NCBI GenBank assembly: GCA_000025185.1
Contig: CP001848.1
Location: forward strand, 3,390,001 to 3,422,000
Length of the DNA: 32,000 nucleotides
Source: Pirellula staleyi DSM 6068
Lineage (GTDB): Bacteria; Planctomycetota; Planctomycetia; Pirellulales; Pirellulaceae
Direction: 5' to 3'
Of the stretch, positions 23,300 through 32,000 are shown one piece after another. The translations under genes and the position numbers were made by a program. Below the pieces are notes generated by a model that saw only the letters and a program-made list of their open reading frames with translations, ran no database searches and was not told the origin of the DNA. The stretch's first letter is position 1. Each line of letters begins with the position of its first letter.

Positions 23300-24823
23300 T
23301 TATCGATGGCCCCGTGTGGCAGCTTCCATGATCACTTGCTCTGTCGCTTCACTGCGCTCGAGATTGGCCGTGAGGCAACCTTCGCTCAGCACTAAAATAC
23401 GATCGCTTACCGCTAGTAATTCTGGAAGTTCACTCGAAGTGATGATGATCCCCATTCCCGAGGCACTTAGCACGTCGAGCAGGCGATAGATCTCGGCCTT
23501 GGCTCCCACATCAATGCCGCGGGTCGGATCGTCGAGCAAGAGGACCTTCGGTTTCGTCAGCAGCCAGCGGCCAATGATGCACTTCTGCTGGTTGCCGCCA
23601 CTCAGACTTGTGATGGCAGCTGAGAGTCCAGCTGTTTTTACGCCGAGTTGCTTCGCCGTAACGCTGCAAGCTTCTCGTTCTTTCCAGTGGCTCACAATTC
23701 CAGCAGTAGCAAACTGATCGACCGTGCAGATCGAAATGTTCTGCCCGACGTCCATCGCTGCGAATAGTCCCAGCCGTTTGCGATCTTCTGTCACCAGCGC
23801 AACACCGGCGCGACATGCTTCTTCAGGATGGGAGAAGGAGACTTCTTTTCCATCGAGAACGATCTTGCCGCTCGGCTGATCGGCCGCCGCACCAAACAAA
23901 CATTCGAGCAACTCGGTGCGCCCAGCTCCCATCAGGCCAGCGATTCCTAGGATTTCGCCTCGTCGGAGTGAAAGTGAAACGTCCTTCAGACGCCAGCCGC
24001 GAGGATGGCCGGGCCATGGCAACGAAAGCTGTTCAACGCGCAGCACTTCGTCTCCAGTTTTACGAGCTTCGCTGCGATGAACCGATTCGATTTCGCGCCC
24101 CACCATCAAGTGCGTGATCTCTTTCGGCGAAGTTTGCTCGCGACAAACCGTGGCGACATGTTTTCCGTCACGGAGCACGGTGATCCGATCCGAGAGCGTG
24201 AACACCTCGTCCATCTTGTGTGAGATATACAGGATCGTCACACCCCGCTTACGCAGCCGATCGATGACGCGATAAAGTCGACTGACTTCCGACTCGGTGA
24301 GCGCGCTGGTCGGCTCGTCCATGATCAGAATGTCGCTTTGCAGCGAAAGTGCTTTCGCGATTTCGATGAGTTGCTGATCGCCGATCCGGAGTTGTCCTGC
24401 GAGTGTTCGTGGATGAACGTCGCACTCGAGTTCTCGCAGCAGCTTGTGAGCCGCTTCTTCCATCGCGCGATCGTCACGCAGTCCGAGCCAACCACGAATC
24501 TCACGCCCAAGAAAGATGTTTGCAGCGGCTGAAAGTTGCTCCACCAAGTTCAGCTCTTGATGAATGATGCTGATTCCCGCTGCTTCAGCATCGCGCGTGC
24601 CGCTGAATCGTTGTGGTTTGCCAGCGAGCAGCAGTTCTCCTTCGAAATCGGCCAGCACACCCGAAAGAATCTTCATCAGGGTGCTTTTTCCGGCACCATT
24701 CTCGCCGCAGATGGCGTGCAGTTCGCCTGGCAAAATATCGAGCGAGACGTTCGAGAGCGCTTTCACGCCCGGAAACGTCTTCGAGACGTTCTTGATCGAA
24801 ATGATCGGCAGGGGTGAGTTCAT
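23300..24823 (-). CDS. sugar ABC transporter ATP-binding protein (duplicated ABC domains, CUT2/RbsA-MglA type)
   Basis: Walker A motifs are GENGAGKST and GLMGAGRTE. The signature motifs are LRIGDQQLIEIAKAL (degenerate, typical of CUT2 first halves) and LSGGNQQK. Walker B motifs are ILIMDEPT and VLLLDDPTRGID. I prefer the start at ATG 24823 (MNSPLPIISIKNVSKTF). ORF-track start 24922 would add 33 residues and overlap the permease gene. Confidence 0.9.
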   Translation of the reverse strand: MNSPLPIISIKNVSKTFPGVKALSNVSLDILPGELHAICGENGAGKSTLMKILSGVLADFEGELLLAGKPQRFSGTRDAEAAGISIIHQELNLVEQLSAAANIFLGREIRGWLGLRDDRAMEEAAHKLLRELECDVHPRTLAGQLRIGDQQLIEIAKALSLQSDILIMDEPTSALTESEVSRLYRVIDRLRKRGVTILYISHKMDEVFTLSDRITVLRDGKHVATVCREQTSPKEITHLMVGREIESVHRSEARKTGDEVLRVEQLSLPWPGHPRGWRLKDVSLSLRRGEILGIAGLMGAGRTELLECLFGAAADQPSGKIVLDGKEVSFSHPEEACRAGVALVTEDRKRLGLFAAMDVGQNISICTVDQFATAGIVSHWKEREACSVTAKQLGVKTAGLSAAITSLSGGNQQKCIIGRWLLTKPKVLLLDDPTRGIDVGAKAEIYRLLDVLSASGMGIIITSSELPELLAVSDRILVLSEGCLTANLERSEATEQVIMEAATRGHR

Positions 24824-24893
24824 CGAGCGATTCTCTACGGATGGTGACCCTGCGAACTTGCGAGCCGATGAAGCCTCGCTCGGAGAATTGGCG

Positions 24894-26099
24894 TCAGGCC
24901 TTTTTCGAGCGAAGAACTTCAAACACCTTAATAGCGATGAGTAGCACCAGCGTGGTTCCTCCGATGATGCTGCCGGGAACTGTGCCGATGATCATCACAC
25001 CGAGCGCTAAGGCCAAGAGCGATAAGGTGGGGATCGCTGCAATCCCCATGGCACCCGGAAATATCTCACGACCACTTACCATGAGTTGTCGAATTTGGCT
25101 GAGTGTGACAGCCAGCACCACGACGACGCCCACGATCATTCCTTCGTAGACATCAGCGCCGGTTTTAATCACCTTCGAGACTGCATCGATCACCACGCGA
25201 AGGAATAGGGCACCCAGAACGGTCCCCATGATGGTTCCGACGCCACCTTGGAGCGAGCATCCTCCCACAACAGCAGCGGCGATGGCATTGAGCTCGCTGC
25301 CAAGTCCTTGCAGTACCGGATCAGCACCTGCCTGATAGGCAATGAAGAACAGGCTTGCAATGCTGGCGGTGACCGAGCCATAGCAATAAGCGAACCACTT
25401 GATTCGCTCGGTTCGGATGCCACTGAGTTTGGCCGCTTGTTCGTTACCGCCGAGTGCGTAGAGGTGTCGCCCCAGCACGGTGTACGAGAGGATGATCCAG
25501 GTGATGATAGCAAGGACTGCGAACGTAACGACCGAGTACCAGACGTTGTTGTTGATCGCCCGGAAGAAGGGATCGTAGACGGTGATTTGCACCGACTTTG
25601 CGCCGGTCACTTGGGTGGTCACGTTTTCGCAAAGAGCGCGCGACAAACTGCGGAGTCCCACCAGCGTCGCAAGTGTCGCGACAAACGGCGGTAGCCTTAC
25701 AGCAGTGATTAGCCAGGCATGCAAGGTACCCACCAGTAGCCCTGCCAACATGGTAACGCCAAGTGCAATCGCAATGGTTGTGGCACCGACCGGTTGATAG
25801 GCAATCAACTCCTTGGGGGCCAGGATCAGCATGGTGGTGCAGCAAGCAGTGCTGCCGAAAGCGATCATCGATCCAACCGAGAGATCGATCCCTCCCGAGA
25901 TGATTACCACCGTGGCGCCGAGCGCAAAAATACCGAGGACCGCCGTGTACCGAGCCACTTCTTTGGCACTGGTCAACGGATCTCGGAAATAGCTGTGATT
26001 GCTGTCGGCCGCGTTGGTGATTAGCGCCGTGACGATGATCGCAATCACGAGCGCGATTTCATTGAATCGCAGCGGGCTGTAGCTCAGGAGTTTGTTCAT
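24894..26099 (-). CDS. sugar ABC transporter permease (CUT2 family, XylH/RbsC-like)
   Basis: About 401 aa of polytopic membrane protein with roughly 10 hydrophobic segments. It has the CUT2-type block GGIDLSVGSMIAF and the motif LGGNEQAAKLSGI. ATG 26099 overlaps the SBP stop as ATGA, so I prefer it over ORF-track start 26129. Confidence 0.87.
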   Translation of the reverse strand: MNKLLSYSPLRFNEIALVIAIIVTALITNAADSNHSYFRDPLTSAKEVARYTAVLGIFALGATVVIISGGIDLSVGSMIAFGSTACCTTMLILAPKELIAYQPVGATTIAIALGVTMLAGLLVGTLHAWLITAVRLPPFVATLATLVGLRSLSRALCENVTTQVTGAKSVQITVYDPFFRAINNNVWYSVVTFAVLAIITWIILSYTVLGRHLYALGGNEQAAKLSGIRTERIKWFAYCYGSVTASIASLFFIAYQAGADPVLQGLGSELNAIAAAVVGGCSLQGGVGTIMGTVLGALFLRVVIDAVSKVIKTGADVYEGMIVGVVVVLAVTLSQIRQLMVSGREIFPGAMGIAAIPTLSLLALALGVMIIGTVPGSIIGGTTLVLLIAIKVFEVLRSKKA

Positions 26100-27226
26100 G
26101 AACTGGTGAGGTTGTACTGCTTGAGCCACTCTTTAAATTTCGACAGCGTCATGAACTCGACGACTGATGAATCGAACAACTCGGGCTTGAGAACAGTCCC
26201 TTCATCGGGCGCTACAACACGGAGACCTGTGATGTAGAGATCGCCATTGGGTTCGCCCAGCTTGGGGAACATTTCCTGGATGGTGGCCTGATCCTCTTTG
26301 AGCATCGCCTTCAAGAGACGAACCGTCTCGACACCCATCATAAACGGGTTCTGTACCACCATGGCATCAATCTTGCCTTCCGACATGTTCTCGACGGCAA
26401 TGGCCTGCGCGTCGACAGTGATGACGGTTGTTTTGTCGCGAACACTACGCTCGGTCACCACTTCGGCGATGGCGGGGGCGTTGTAGGCCCAGATGCCGAC
26501 GAGCGCCACAATTTTGTCGCCATGGTTAGTGAGCGCGTTGCGTACGTTCTCACGAGCCTTGTCCTTGTTCATCGCATCGGGCATGCGGTCGATTTCGGTG
26601 TATGCCTCGCCGACCGCTTCTTTGAAGCCGTTCATGCGACTGCGAGCGTTATCGTTGTCGTTGTAGCCCGAGAACTGAACGTAGCCACCCGACTCTTTGC
26701 CGCGCGACTTCAGAATCTCTTTGGCCGCTGTTCCGAGCACGCGACCGGCAACGATGTTGTCAGTGCCGATGTAGTAAGGGCGAGCATCGGGGAAACGCTC
26801 GCGATTGATGTCGCCGTCGACGGTGATGACTTTCACCCCCTTGGCTTGCAGCTTCTTCATTTCTTCGACGATGACTGGATTGTCGGCATCGACCGCCGAG
26901 ATAGCGACCGCTGCAATGTCGGACTGAGTGCCGAACTGGCGGAGCTTTTCGATTTGGCCAGCGGCACCGCCGCTGTTTTTTTCCATCACTACGGTCCAGC
27001 CGTCGGCAGCGACATCCGAGCGTTTGGCACCTTCCTGAAGGCCAGCATTGCAGGCGTCCCAGAAGGGATCGTCGCCGTTGGTCAGGAAGATGATTCGTTT
27101 AGTGCCAGACGAGCTTCCACTTCCTCCGCTGGTGGCGGGATCGCCGCCACCGCAGCCGAGTGTGGTGAAGCTGAAGACCGCGATCGCGGTGGCTGCGACA
27201 TAGCGCAGAAAGGTAGAGCGAAACAT
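26096..27226 (-). CDS. sugar ABC transporter substrate-binding lipoprotein (periplasmic-binding-protein type I, RbsB-like)
   Basis: The signal peptide and lipobox are AIAVFSFTTLGCGGG, followed by a Gly/Ser linker. PBP-I blocks are KRIIFLTNGDDPFWDA, IAAVAISAVD, KVITVDGD and VVQNPFMMG. It is the first gene of the SBP-permease-ATPase operon. Confidence 0.87.
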   Translation of the reverse strand: MFRSTFLRYVAATAIAVFSFTTLGCGGGDPATSGGSGSSSGTKRIIFLTNGDDPFWDACNAGLQEGAKRSDVAADGWTVVMEKNSGGAAGQIEKLRQFGTQSDIAAVAISAVDADNPVIVEEMKKLQAKGVKVITVDGDINRERFPDARPYYIGTDNIVAGRVLGTAAKEILKSRGKESGGYVQFSGYNDNDNARSRMNGFKEAVGEAYTEIDRMPDAMNKDKARENVRNALTNHGDKIVALVGIWAYNAPAIAEVVTERSVRDKTTVITVDAQAIAVENMSEGKIDAMVVQNPFMMGVETVRLLKAMLKEDQATIQEMFPKLGEPNGDLYITGLRVVAPDEGTVLKPELFDSSVVEFMTLSKFKEWLKQYNLTSS

Positions 27227-27237
27227 GGGGAGGAATG

Positions 27238-27255
27238 TTCCGAAACGTTTGAAAA
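27238..27255. promoter_or_regulatory. candidate operator palindrome (core AAACGTTT) just upstream of the sugar ABC operon
   Basis: TTCCGAAACGTTTGAAAA contains a perfect 8-bp palindrome AAACGTTT (27243-27250), 17-24 nt upstream of the SBP start codon. It resembles the CG-centred core of LacI/CcpA-family operators. No regulator gene is visible in the window. Confidence 0.25.
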
Positions 27256-27652
27256 TAATTCGAACACAACGCGTTCTAGCAAACCTGACGGCACTTGCAA
27301 GCTGCGTATCTACGTTTTTGCCCGCTTCAGATCACCCCGAGGAGGCTCAAAAACGGTAGATCGCGACTCAACTGCGTCGCCAAAGTTTGCCCGACCGGAA
27401 GCACCCGCCGAGCCCCTTCGCTTTACCGAAATGCTTCTTCGCAAAGTGGCTCAAGTGGTTACTGCGCCGGAAGTTGGGATTCTAGTAGGGCGAGATCGAT
27501 GATGCAAGCAAATCCGCCTGCACGTTTTCCAAAAGGGGTGACACTAGGGGAGTTCGCGATGAACTCGATAGGGGACTCTGGTCGATGCACCATCAGCGTC
27601 GCAATCGACGCTTCAAGTTCGCCTAACCTGCCACCCCAAGCGATTACTGGTC

Positions 27653-28522
27653 ATGATTATGCAGTTGGATGCCCTTCGGAATCGCGCCACGCGTCCTCTC
27701 GCTGAATTGCAAGTGGCAGGTGCACATCAGCGACAAGCAGTCGTCGGTCCCTGGCGGCTGACTTGCTGTTTGGGACGTGGTCGCTGGTCGAGTGTTTATG
27801 CTGCTTCCCCAGCCGACTACGACCGCGAGTGGCCCGCGCAATTTGCACTCAAGATTCTCGATCGCTCGCGCTGCACCAGCAGCCGCGCCACAAGTTCGCT
27901 GCAACGCGAGGCGGCTGTGATGCAGGCCGCCCGTCATCCTCGTATTGCCGCACTGCTCGATGCCCAACTGTCACACGACACGCCCTACGTAGTCACGCCA
28001 CGCATTGCTGGTGTCACGCTCTCCAAGCTTTTGTCGGCCGATGTCCCCTCCGATGTCGACTTCGCTCTGCCGCTCCATCGCTCTTTGTGGGTGGTTCGTC
28101 AAACCGCTGAAGCGATTCGTCATCTGCACGAAGTCCGCTGGCTGCATGGCGACGTCAACCCCTCGAATGTGATGGTCTCTCCACGAGGCGAGGTCACGCT
28201 GATCGATTATTCATGCGCCCGCCGACTCGATGGCGAAGAATCGATTCACGACGGCTGGACGCAAAGTCATGCCGAGTACCATGCCCCCGAACTGCGGCGC
28301 CCCGGTATCCGTATCAAAGCGGCGGCCGATGTCTATTCGCTCGGTGTGATGATGGCCCATTTAGTGAGTCGCCAGCCGAGCGCGACGGTGGATCGAAATC
28401 ATCAACTTCCTACGGAGTGGCTGCGACTTCTCACGGCGATGCTTGCCGAAGATCCACGCCATCGTCCCACGTCGGAAGAAGTGGTCGACGAGCTTTTGGC
28501 TCTTGAGATTAGCCTGTTGTAA
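27653..28522 (+). CDS. stand-alone Hanks-type Ser/Thr protein kinase domain, non-RD (HGD) variant
   Basis: 289 aa. Motifs are the Gly-loop LGRGRWSSVY, the VAIK-type lysine FALKIL, the helix-C Glu in LQREAAVM, the catalytic loop LHGDVNPSNVMV, DYS in place of DFG, YHAPE, DVYSLGVM and the subdomain XI Arg in DPRHRPT. There is no TM, sensor or repeat domain. Confidence 0.82.
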   Translation: MIMQLDALRNRATRPLAELQVAGAHQRQAVVGPWRLTCCLGRGRWSSVYAASPADYDREWPAQFALKILDRSRCTSSRATSSLQREAAVMQAARHPRIAALLDAQLSHDTPYVVTPRIAGVTLSKLLSADVPSDVDFALPLHRSLWVVRQTAEAIRHLHEVRWLHGDVNPSNVMVSPRGEVTLIDYSCARRLDGEESIHDGWTQSHAEYHAPELRRPGIRIKAAADVYSLGVMMAHLVSRQPSATVDRNHQLPTEWLRLLTAMLAEDPRHRPTSEEVVDELLALEISLL

Positions 28523-28544
28523 CGCTCAACCCAGCCTGTACTGG

Positions 28545-29966
28545 CTACAGCTTCTCGCCACGATAGCTCAAATCGAGCAGTTCCATGGGGTGCATGATCC
28601 GCAGGGTCTCCCCCTCCATTTTCGCTTGCCGCATGATTTGCAGCAGACAGCCAGCATTCCCAGTGACGACGAGCGAGGCACGGGTGCTACGAATGTTCTC
28701 GAGTTTGCGCGCCCCTAGCTTTTCAGCCATTTCGGGCTGAGTGAGGTTATAGGTTCCAGCGGCTCCACAGCAGAGATCGGACTCGGGAAGATCGACGAGC
28801 GTGAGTCCGGGAATCTTTTTCAGCAAAGCCCGAGGCTGTTCACGCACTTTCTGGGCGTGGGCTAAATGGCAGGCGTCGTGATAGGTCGCCGTCACTCGAA
28901 TTTCGCCCGGTGGGGTGATCAGACCAAGCTCAGCAAGGAACTCACTGGCATCGCGCACTTTGCTTGCGAACTGTTGTCGTTGGTCTGTTTTTTCGTCGTG
29001 CCAGTGATGTCCGTAGTCTTTCAGCATGGCACCACAGCCGGCGACATTCGTAATCACGGCATCCACCCCCGAAACGTCGAACGCTTCGAGATTGGTATTC
29101 GCAAATTCGCGTGCGGGGTCACTGCTTCCCGCATGCAGGTGGATTGCTCCGCAGCAAACTTGTTTCTTGGGCACAACCACATCGCAGCCATTCTCTTGCA
29201 GCACCCGCGCTGTGGCCCAGTTGGTTTGGCGAAACAGCACATCACCCACGCAGCCGGTGAAGAGTGCCACGCGTGCGCGTCTGCGTCCCTTGGCGGGAAG
29301 AAACTCGGGAACCTCCAGCAGCGGCTTTTCAAGCGGCGGAAGCATCGTTGCCAAACGACCAAGCTGCGGCGGCAAGAGTCTCCAAAGTCCGGTGGCGATC
29401 ATCAGGCGATCGAGGCCCAGGAGCTGCGCGATACGAGCTGGCAGGAGAGTCTTGCGAAGCCGCTCGGGGTAAGGAAACAACCCAAACAAAATATAGCGGT
29501 GAAACCAGTCGTGCGATTTCGGAGGGGACTGTTCGCTCGAGCATTCGCTATCCATCGCGATGCGAAACGGCTCGATGAGCTTGCCGTATTGCACACCGCT
29601 GGGGCAAGCAGTTTCGCACCCACGGCAGTCGAGGCAAAGTTCAAGATGCTTGCGCACTTCAGGTGCCAGTTCAAGGCGACCATCGGTAACCGCGCGCATC
29701 AAATAAATCCGTCCGCGTGGGCTATCGTTTTCGTTGCCAGTCTCGAGATAGGTCGGGCACGATGCGGTGCAAAGCCCGCAGTGAACGCAGTCGAGGAACA
29801 ACTCGTAGTCGATTCCCGAGCCGGGATTCTTCTTCGTGGCGAGCATCGGGAGCGCAAGAGAGTCGCTCGCCGCTTTGCTGGCGGAAGGAGTCGATGCAGT
29901 TTTCGTGGGAGGCGACATATTAGGTAAAACTTCGTCGGTAGTGGGCTGGCGAAGTGTTGGTTGCAA
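28545..29966 (-). CDS. glcF: glycolate oxidase iron-sulfur subunit
   Basis: Two ferredoxin-type clusters, CVHCGLCTASCP and CLDCRGCETACP, are followed by two cysteine-rich CCG domains (FTGCVGD...VCCGA and YHDACHL...CCGAAGTY). It lies downstream of glcD and glcE in the canonical order. The start could alternatively be ATG 29918. Confidence 0.85.
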   Translation of the reverse strand: MQPTLRQPTTDEVLPNMSPPTKTASTPSASKAASDSLALPMLATKKNPGSGIDYELFLDCVHCGLCTASCPTYLETGNENDSPRGRIYLMRAVTDGRLELAPEVRKHLELCLDCRGCETACPSGVQYGKLIEPFRIAMDSECSSEQSPPKSHDWFHRYILFGLFPYPERLRKTLLPARIAQLLGLDRLMIATGLWRLLPPQLGRLATMLPPLEKPLLEVPEFLPAKGRRRARVALFTGCVGDVLFRQTNWATARVLQENGCDVVVPKKQVCCGAIHLHAGSSDPAREFANTNLEAFDVSGVDAVITNVAGCGAMLKDYGHHWHDEKTDQRQQFASKVRDASEFLAELGLITPPGEIRVTATYHDACHLAHAQKVREQPRALLKKIPGLTLVDLPESDLCCGAAGTYNLTQPEMAEKLGARKLENIRSTRASLVVTGNAGCLLQIMRQAKMEGETLRIMHPMELLDLSYRGEKL

Positions 29967-30020
29967 CGGAGGTTTTCGAACTTGAAGAATAGCTTCTCGG
30001 AGGACTCGCAGGGAAAAGAA

Positions 30021-31280
30021 TCAGCTCTCGCTTCGAAAAATAAATCGACCGCGATTGAGCAGATCTCCGGGGTCAAACTCCCGCTTGATGGCAGTCGAGA
30101 TCGCGAGGACTGGCTGCGGAATGGCAAACACGCTGCGCTGCGTCATTTCACTCTGCGAAGGATTGGAGAGGACCACCAAACTGCCAACACTGGCAGCTAC
30201 TTCCGCTTGGAGCCTCCCCACGACCGCGCGCGAAATCCCGCTGCTCGGAAACTCCGAGAATCGAAGCACCAGGATTCCACTTTGGGCATGCGAGACGACC
30301 GAGACCTGCGGATCGACTTGTTCGGCCGACGCAATGATCGCCGTCACCACGCTAGGGCGGAGGCTGGCTTTAAGCACCAAGGGGGAACTTGTCGCTGCGG
30401 GAAACTCGACCATGCGCGACACCAACGCTGCTGTGTCGTCGATCACTATCGAATCGCCTATGCCGGCCGAACGCCACTCACTTTGTAGCTGCGTGGTCAT
30501 CCACTCCACTTCACGATTCGTTCCCTCCAGGAGTGCCGCAAGGGCGGTTTCGCAGCCGCGCGATTTAGCGAGCGGCGCGAGTGCGGGATCTTGAGCCCAC
30601 GCCGGTCCACGCAGCAGTTCCACCGCCAAAGGACGCGACTTCGAATGCACCATCTTCGCGAGTAGATCGTCAGCGACCTCCAATGTTTTGGGGGAGCAAA
30701 CCACCCACTTCGAGCATTCGGGAATCGGCTGCAATTTGAACGTGGCACTGGTGATCACGGCCAGTGTTCCGAGCGAACCGGTCAGCAGTTTGCAAAAGTC
30801 GTAGCCTGCAACATTCTTCACAACACGCCCACCACCGTGGAACAATTTGCCATGCCCATCCACAGCGGCGATGCCAATCACATGATCGCGCAGCAGTCCA
30901 CATCCGAGTCGACGTGGGCCATTAAAGTTCGTCGCCAGCACACCTCCTACGGTCGCCTCGGCAGCACTCGGTACGTCGACCGGAAGCCGCTGATTTTCCT
31001 GCGCAAGTGTCGTGACGAGCGTTTGCCATCTCAGCCCCGCTTCCACCGTGATGGTCATATCGCGCGCGGGATAGTCGATCACTTTCGACATGCCCGTTAG
31101 ATCCAAACCGATACCTCGATGCTTGGCCGGTAAACCAAAATCGAGGCTGGTTTGGCCACCCAGGGGATAGATCGGCGTGCGCGTCGCCAGCGCATCGCGC
31201 ACTACCCTCTGCACGTCACTCTCCAAGGTGGGAGCGGTGATGGTATCGAGCGGTAGGGGAGAGGTAGTAGTGCGAGTCAC
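30021..31280 (-). CDS. glcE: glycolate oxidase FAD-binding subunit
   Basis: 419 aa with a GTG start. FAD-binding PCMH-type blocks are IYPLGGQTSLDFG, VIDYPARDMTITVEAGLRWQTL, GGVLATNFNGPRR and VVKNVAGYDFCKLLTGSLGTLAVIT. It lies between glcD and glcF. Confidence 0.8.
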   Translation of the reverse strand: MTRTTTSPLPLDTITAPTLESDVQRVVRDALATRTPIYPLGGQTSLDFGLPAKHRGIGLDLTGMSKVIDYPARDMTITVEAGLRWQTLVTTLAQENQRLPVDVPSAAEATVGGVLATNFNGPRRLGCGLLRDHVIGIAAVDGHGKLFHGGGRVVKNVAGYDFCKLLTGSLGTLAVITSATFKLQPIPECSKWVVCSPKTLEVADDLLAKMVHSKSRPLAVELLRGPAWAQDPALAPLAKSRGCETALAALLEGTNREVEWMTTQLQSEWRSAGIGDSIVIDDTAALVSRMVEFPAATSSPLVLKASLRPSVVTAIIASAEQVDPQVSVVSHAQSGILVLRFSEFPSSGISRAVVGRLQAEVAASVGSLVVLSNPSQSEMTQRSVFAIPQPVLAISTAIKREFDPGDLLNRGRFIFRSES

Positions 31281-31363
31281 GGGAGAGGTTGCTCAGGTTC
31301 AAGGTGTCAGCAAGTCGGTGAAACGATCCGAGTGAGTTCGCTTAGCAGAATGTCTTGCGAGGT

Positions 31364-32000
31364 TCACATCGCGGCATGTCGTCCGGGATGCTTTTGCTCC
31401 ATCCCACAACCTCCGGCGGTCGGCAGCAGCTTTTGGGGACTTAGGTTCCCTCGTGGATTAAGGGCGACACGCAGCTGCGTCATCGCAGCGAGATCATCGG
31501 GGGTGAACATCTTGTCCATGAAGCCGATTTTCTCCACGCCGATACCATGTTCGCCCGTCACACTCCCCCCGAGGCGAAGGCACTCTTCGAGGATTTCATC
31601 GCTCGCCAGGAGCACACGTTTCACTTGCTCGGCGTTACGTTCGTCGAATAGCAAAATGGGATGCAAGTTGCCATCGCCCGCGTGAAATACGTTGACGATT
31701 TTCAGATCGTAGCGGGCACCGATCTCGCGAATTTTACGAAGCATTTGTGGCAATTTTGTGCGTGGCACCACACCATCTTGCGTGCAATAGCTCGGGCTCA
31801 ATCGGCCAATAGCGCCAAACGCTTGCTTGCGTGCTTTCCATAGTTTTTGTCGCTGGGCTGTATCACTTGCCAGACGGACTTCCCGCGCGCCGGAGGCTTT
31901 GCAAATCGACACAATCCGCTCTTGCTGCTCATCGAGCCCCGCTTCAATACCGTCGACTTCGATCAGCAGAATCGCTTCCGCATCGAGTGGAAATCCAAAG
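31364..32000 (-). CDS. glcD: glycolate oxidase subunit GlcD (FAD-linked oxidase), C-terminal part; the gene continues beyond the window
   Basis: The reading frame is open to the window edge. The translated ...LLIEVDGIEAGLDEQQERIVSICKASGAREVRLA...NVFHAGDGNLHPILLFD...GGSVTGEHGIGVEKIGFM...LNPRGNL closely parallels E. coli GlcD. The ORF-track start 31912 is an internal GTG (Val). Confidence 0.9.
   Translation of the reverse strand, partial: FGFPLDAEAILLIEVDGIEAGLDEQQERIVSICKASGAREVRLASDTAQRQKLWKARKQAFGAIGRLSPSYCTQDGVVPRTKLPQMLRKIREIGARYDLKIVNVFHAGDGNLHPILLFDERNAEQVKRVLLASDEILEECLRLGGSVTGEHGIGVEKIGFMDKMFTPDDLAAMTQLRVALNPRGNLSPQKLLPTAGGCGMEQKHPGRHAAM

Noticed and set aside
26522-27502. 326-aa plus-strand ORF antisense to the sugar-binding protein gene and extending into the intergenic region
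   Set aside because: This is a shadow ORF. The minus-strand SBP has a signal peptide, a lipobox and PBP-I blocks, and is translationally coupled to the permease.
27295-27705. 136-aa plus-strand ORF in the ABC-operon/kinase intergenic region
   Set aside because: It is Ser/Arg/Cys-rich with no motifs and overlaps the kinase start out of frame. It is more likely leader or promoter DNA.
28866-29927. 353-aa plus-strand ORF antisense to glcF
   Set aside because: This is a shadow ORF. The minus-strand product carries two 4Fe-4S motifs and CCG domains.

Overview
This window looks like a core-chromosome segment of a moderately GC-rich planctomycete, probably Pirellulales-like. The taxonomic clues are a DUF1559/prepilin-type H-X9-DG protein, a giant propeller/HEAT/cytochrome c dehydrogenase of the Pirellula/Verrucomicrobium type, and methanopterin-type cofactor genes. 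I support 26 protein-coding genes and one RNA gene (RNase P RNA). I see no rRNA, tRNA, CRISPR array, transposase, integrase or phage genes. The layout is as follows. (1) 12-2162: the tail of the ribosomal alpha operon, rpsK-rpoA-rplQ, with no rpsD. (2) 2369-3473: two small genes, an HExxH protein and a cysteine-less FmdB-like protein. (3) 3517-18691: a long minus-strand block. Its most interesting part is a methanopterin-type pterin-cofactor cluster: a membrane-anchored beta-propeller, an atypical SDR, an archaeal-type DHPS-like protein, pabB, pabA, a DUF447-type protein and beta-RFAP synthase. The block also holds an orphan solute-binding lipoprotein, the 1107-aa dehydrogenase fusion, a glycine-zipper lipoprotein and a secreted HEAT-like protein. 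(4) 18692-22066: a less densely coded stretch with a monocistronic DUF1559 gene, a strong intrinsic terminator, an orphan ribbon-helix-helix protein and rnpB. (5) 22067-32000: an HtrA protease, a CUT2-type sugar ABC transporter operon, a minimal non-RD Ser/Thr kinase and glcDEF, with glcD running off the window edge. All functional calls rest on motifs read by eye from the translated ORFs. No database search was run.
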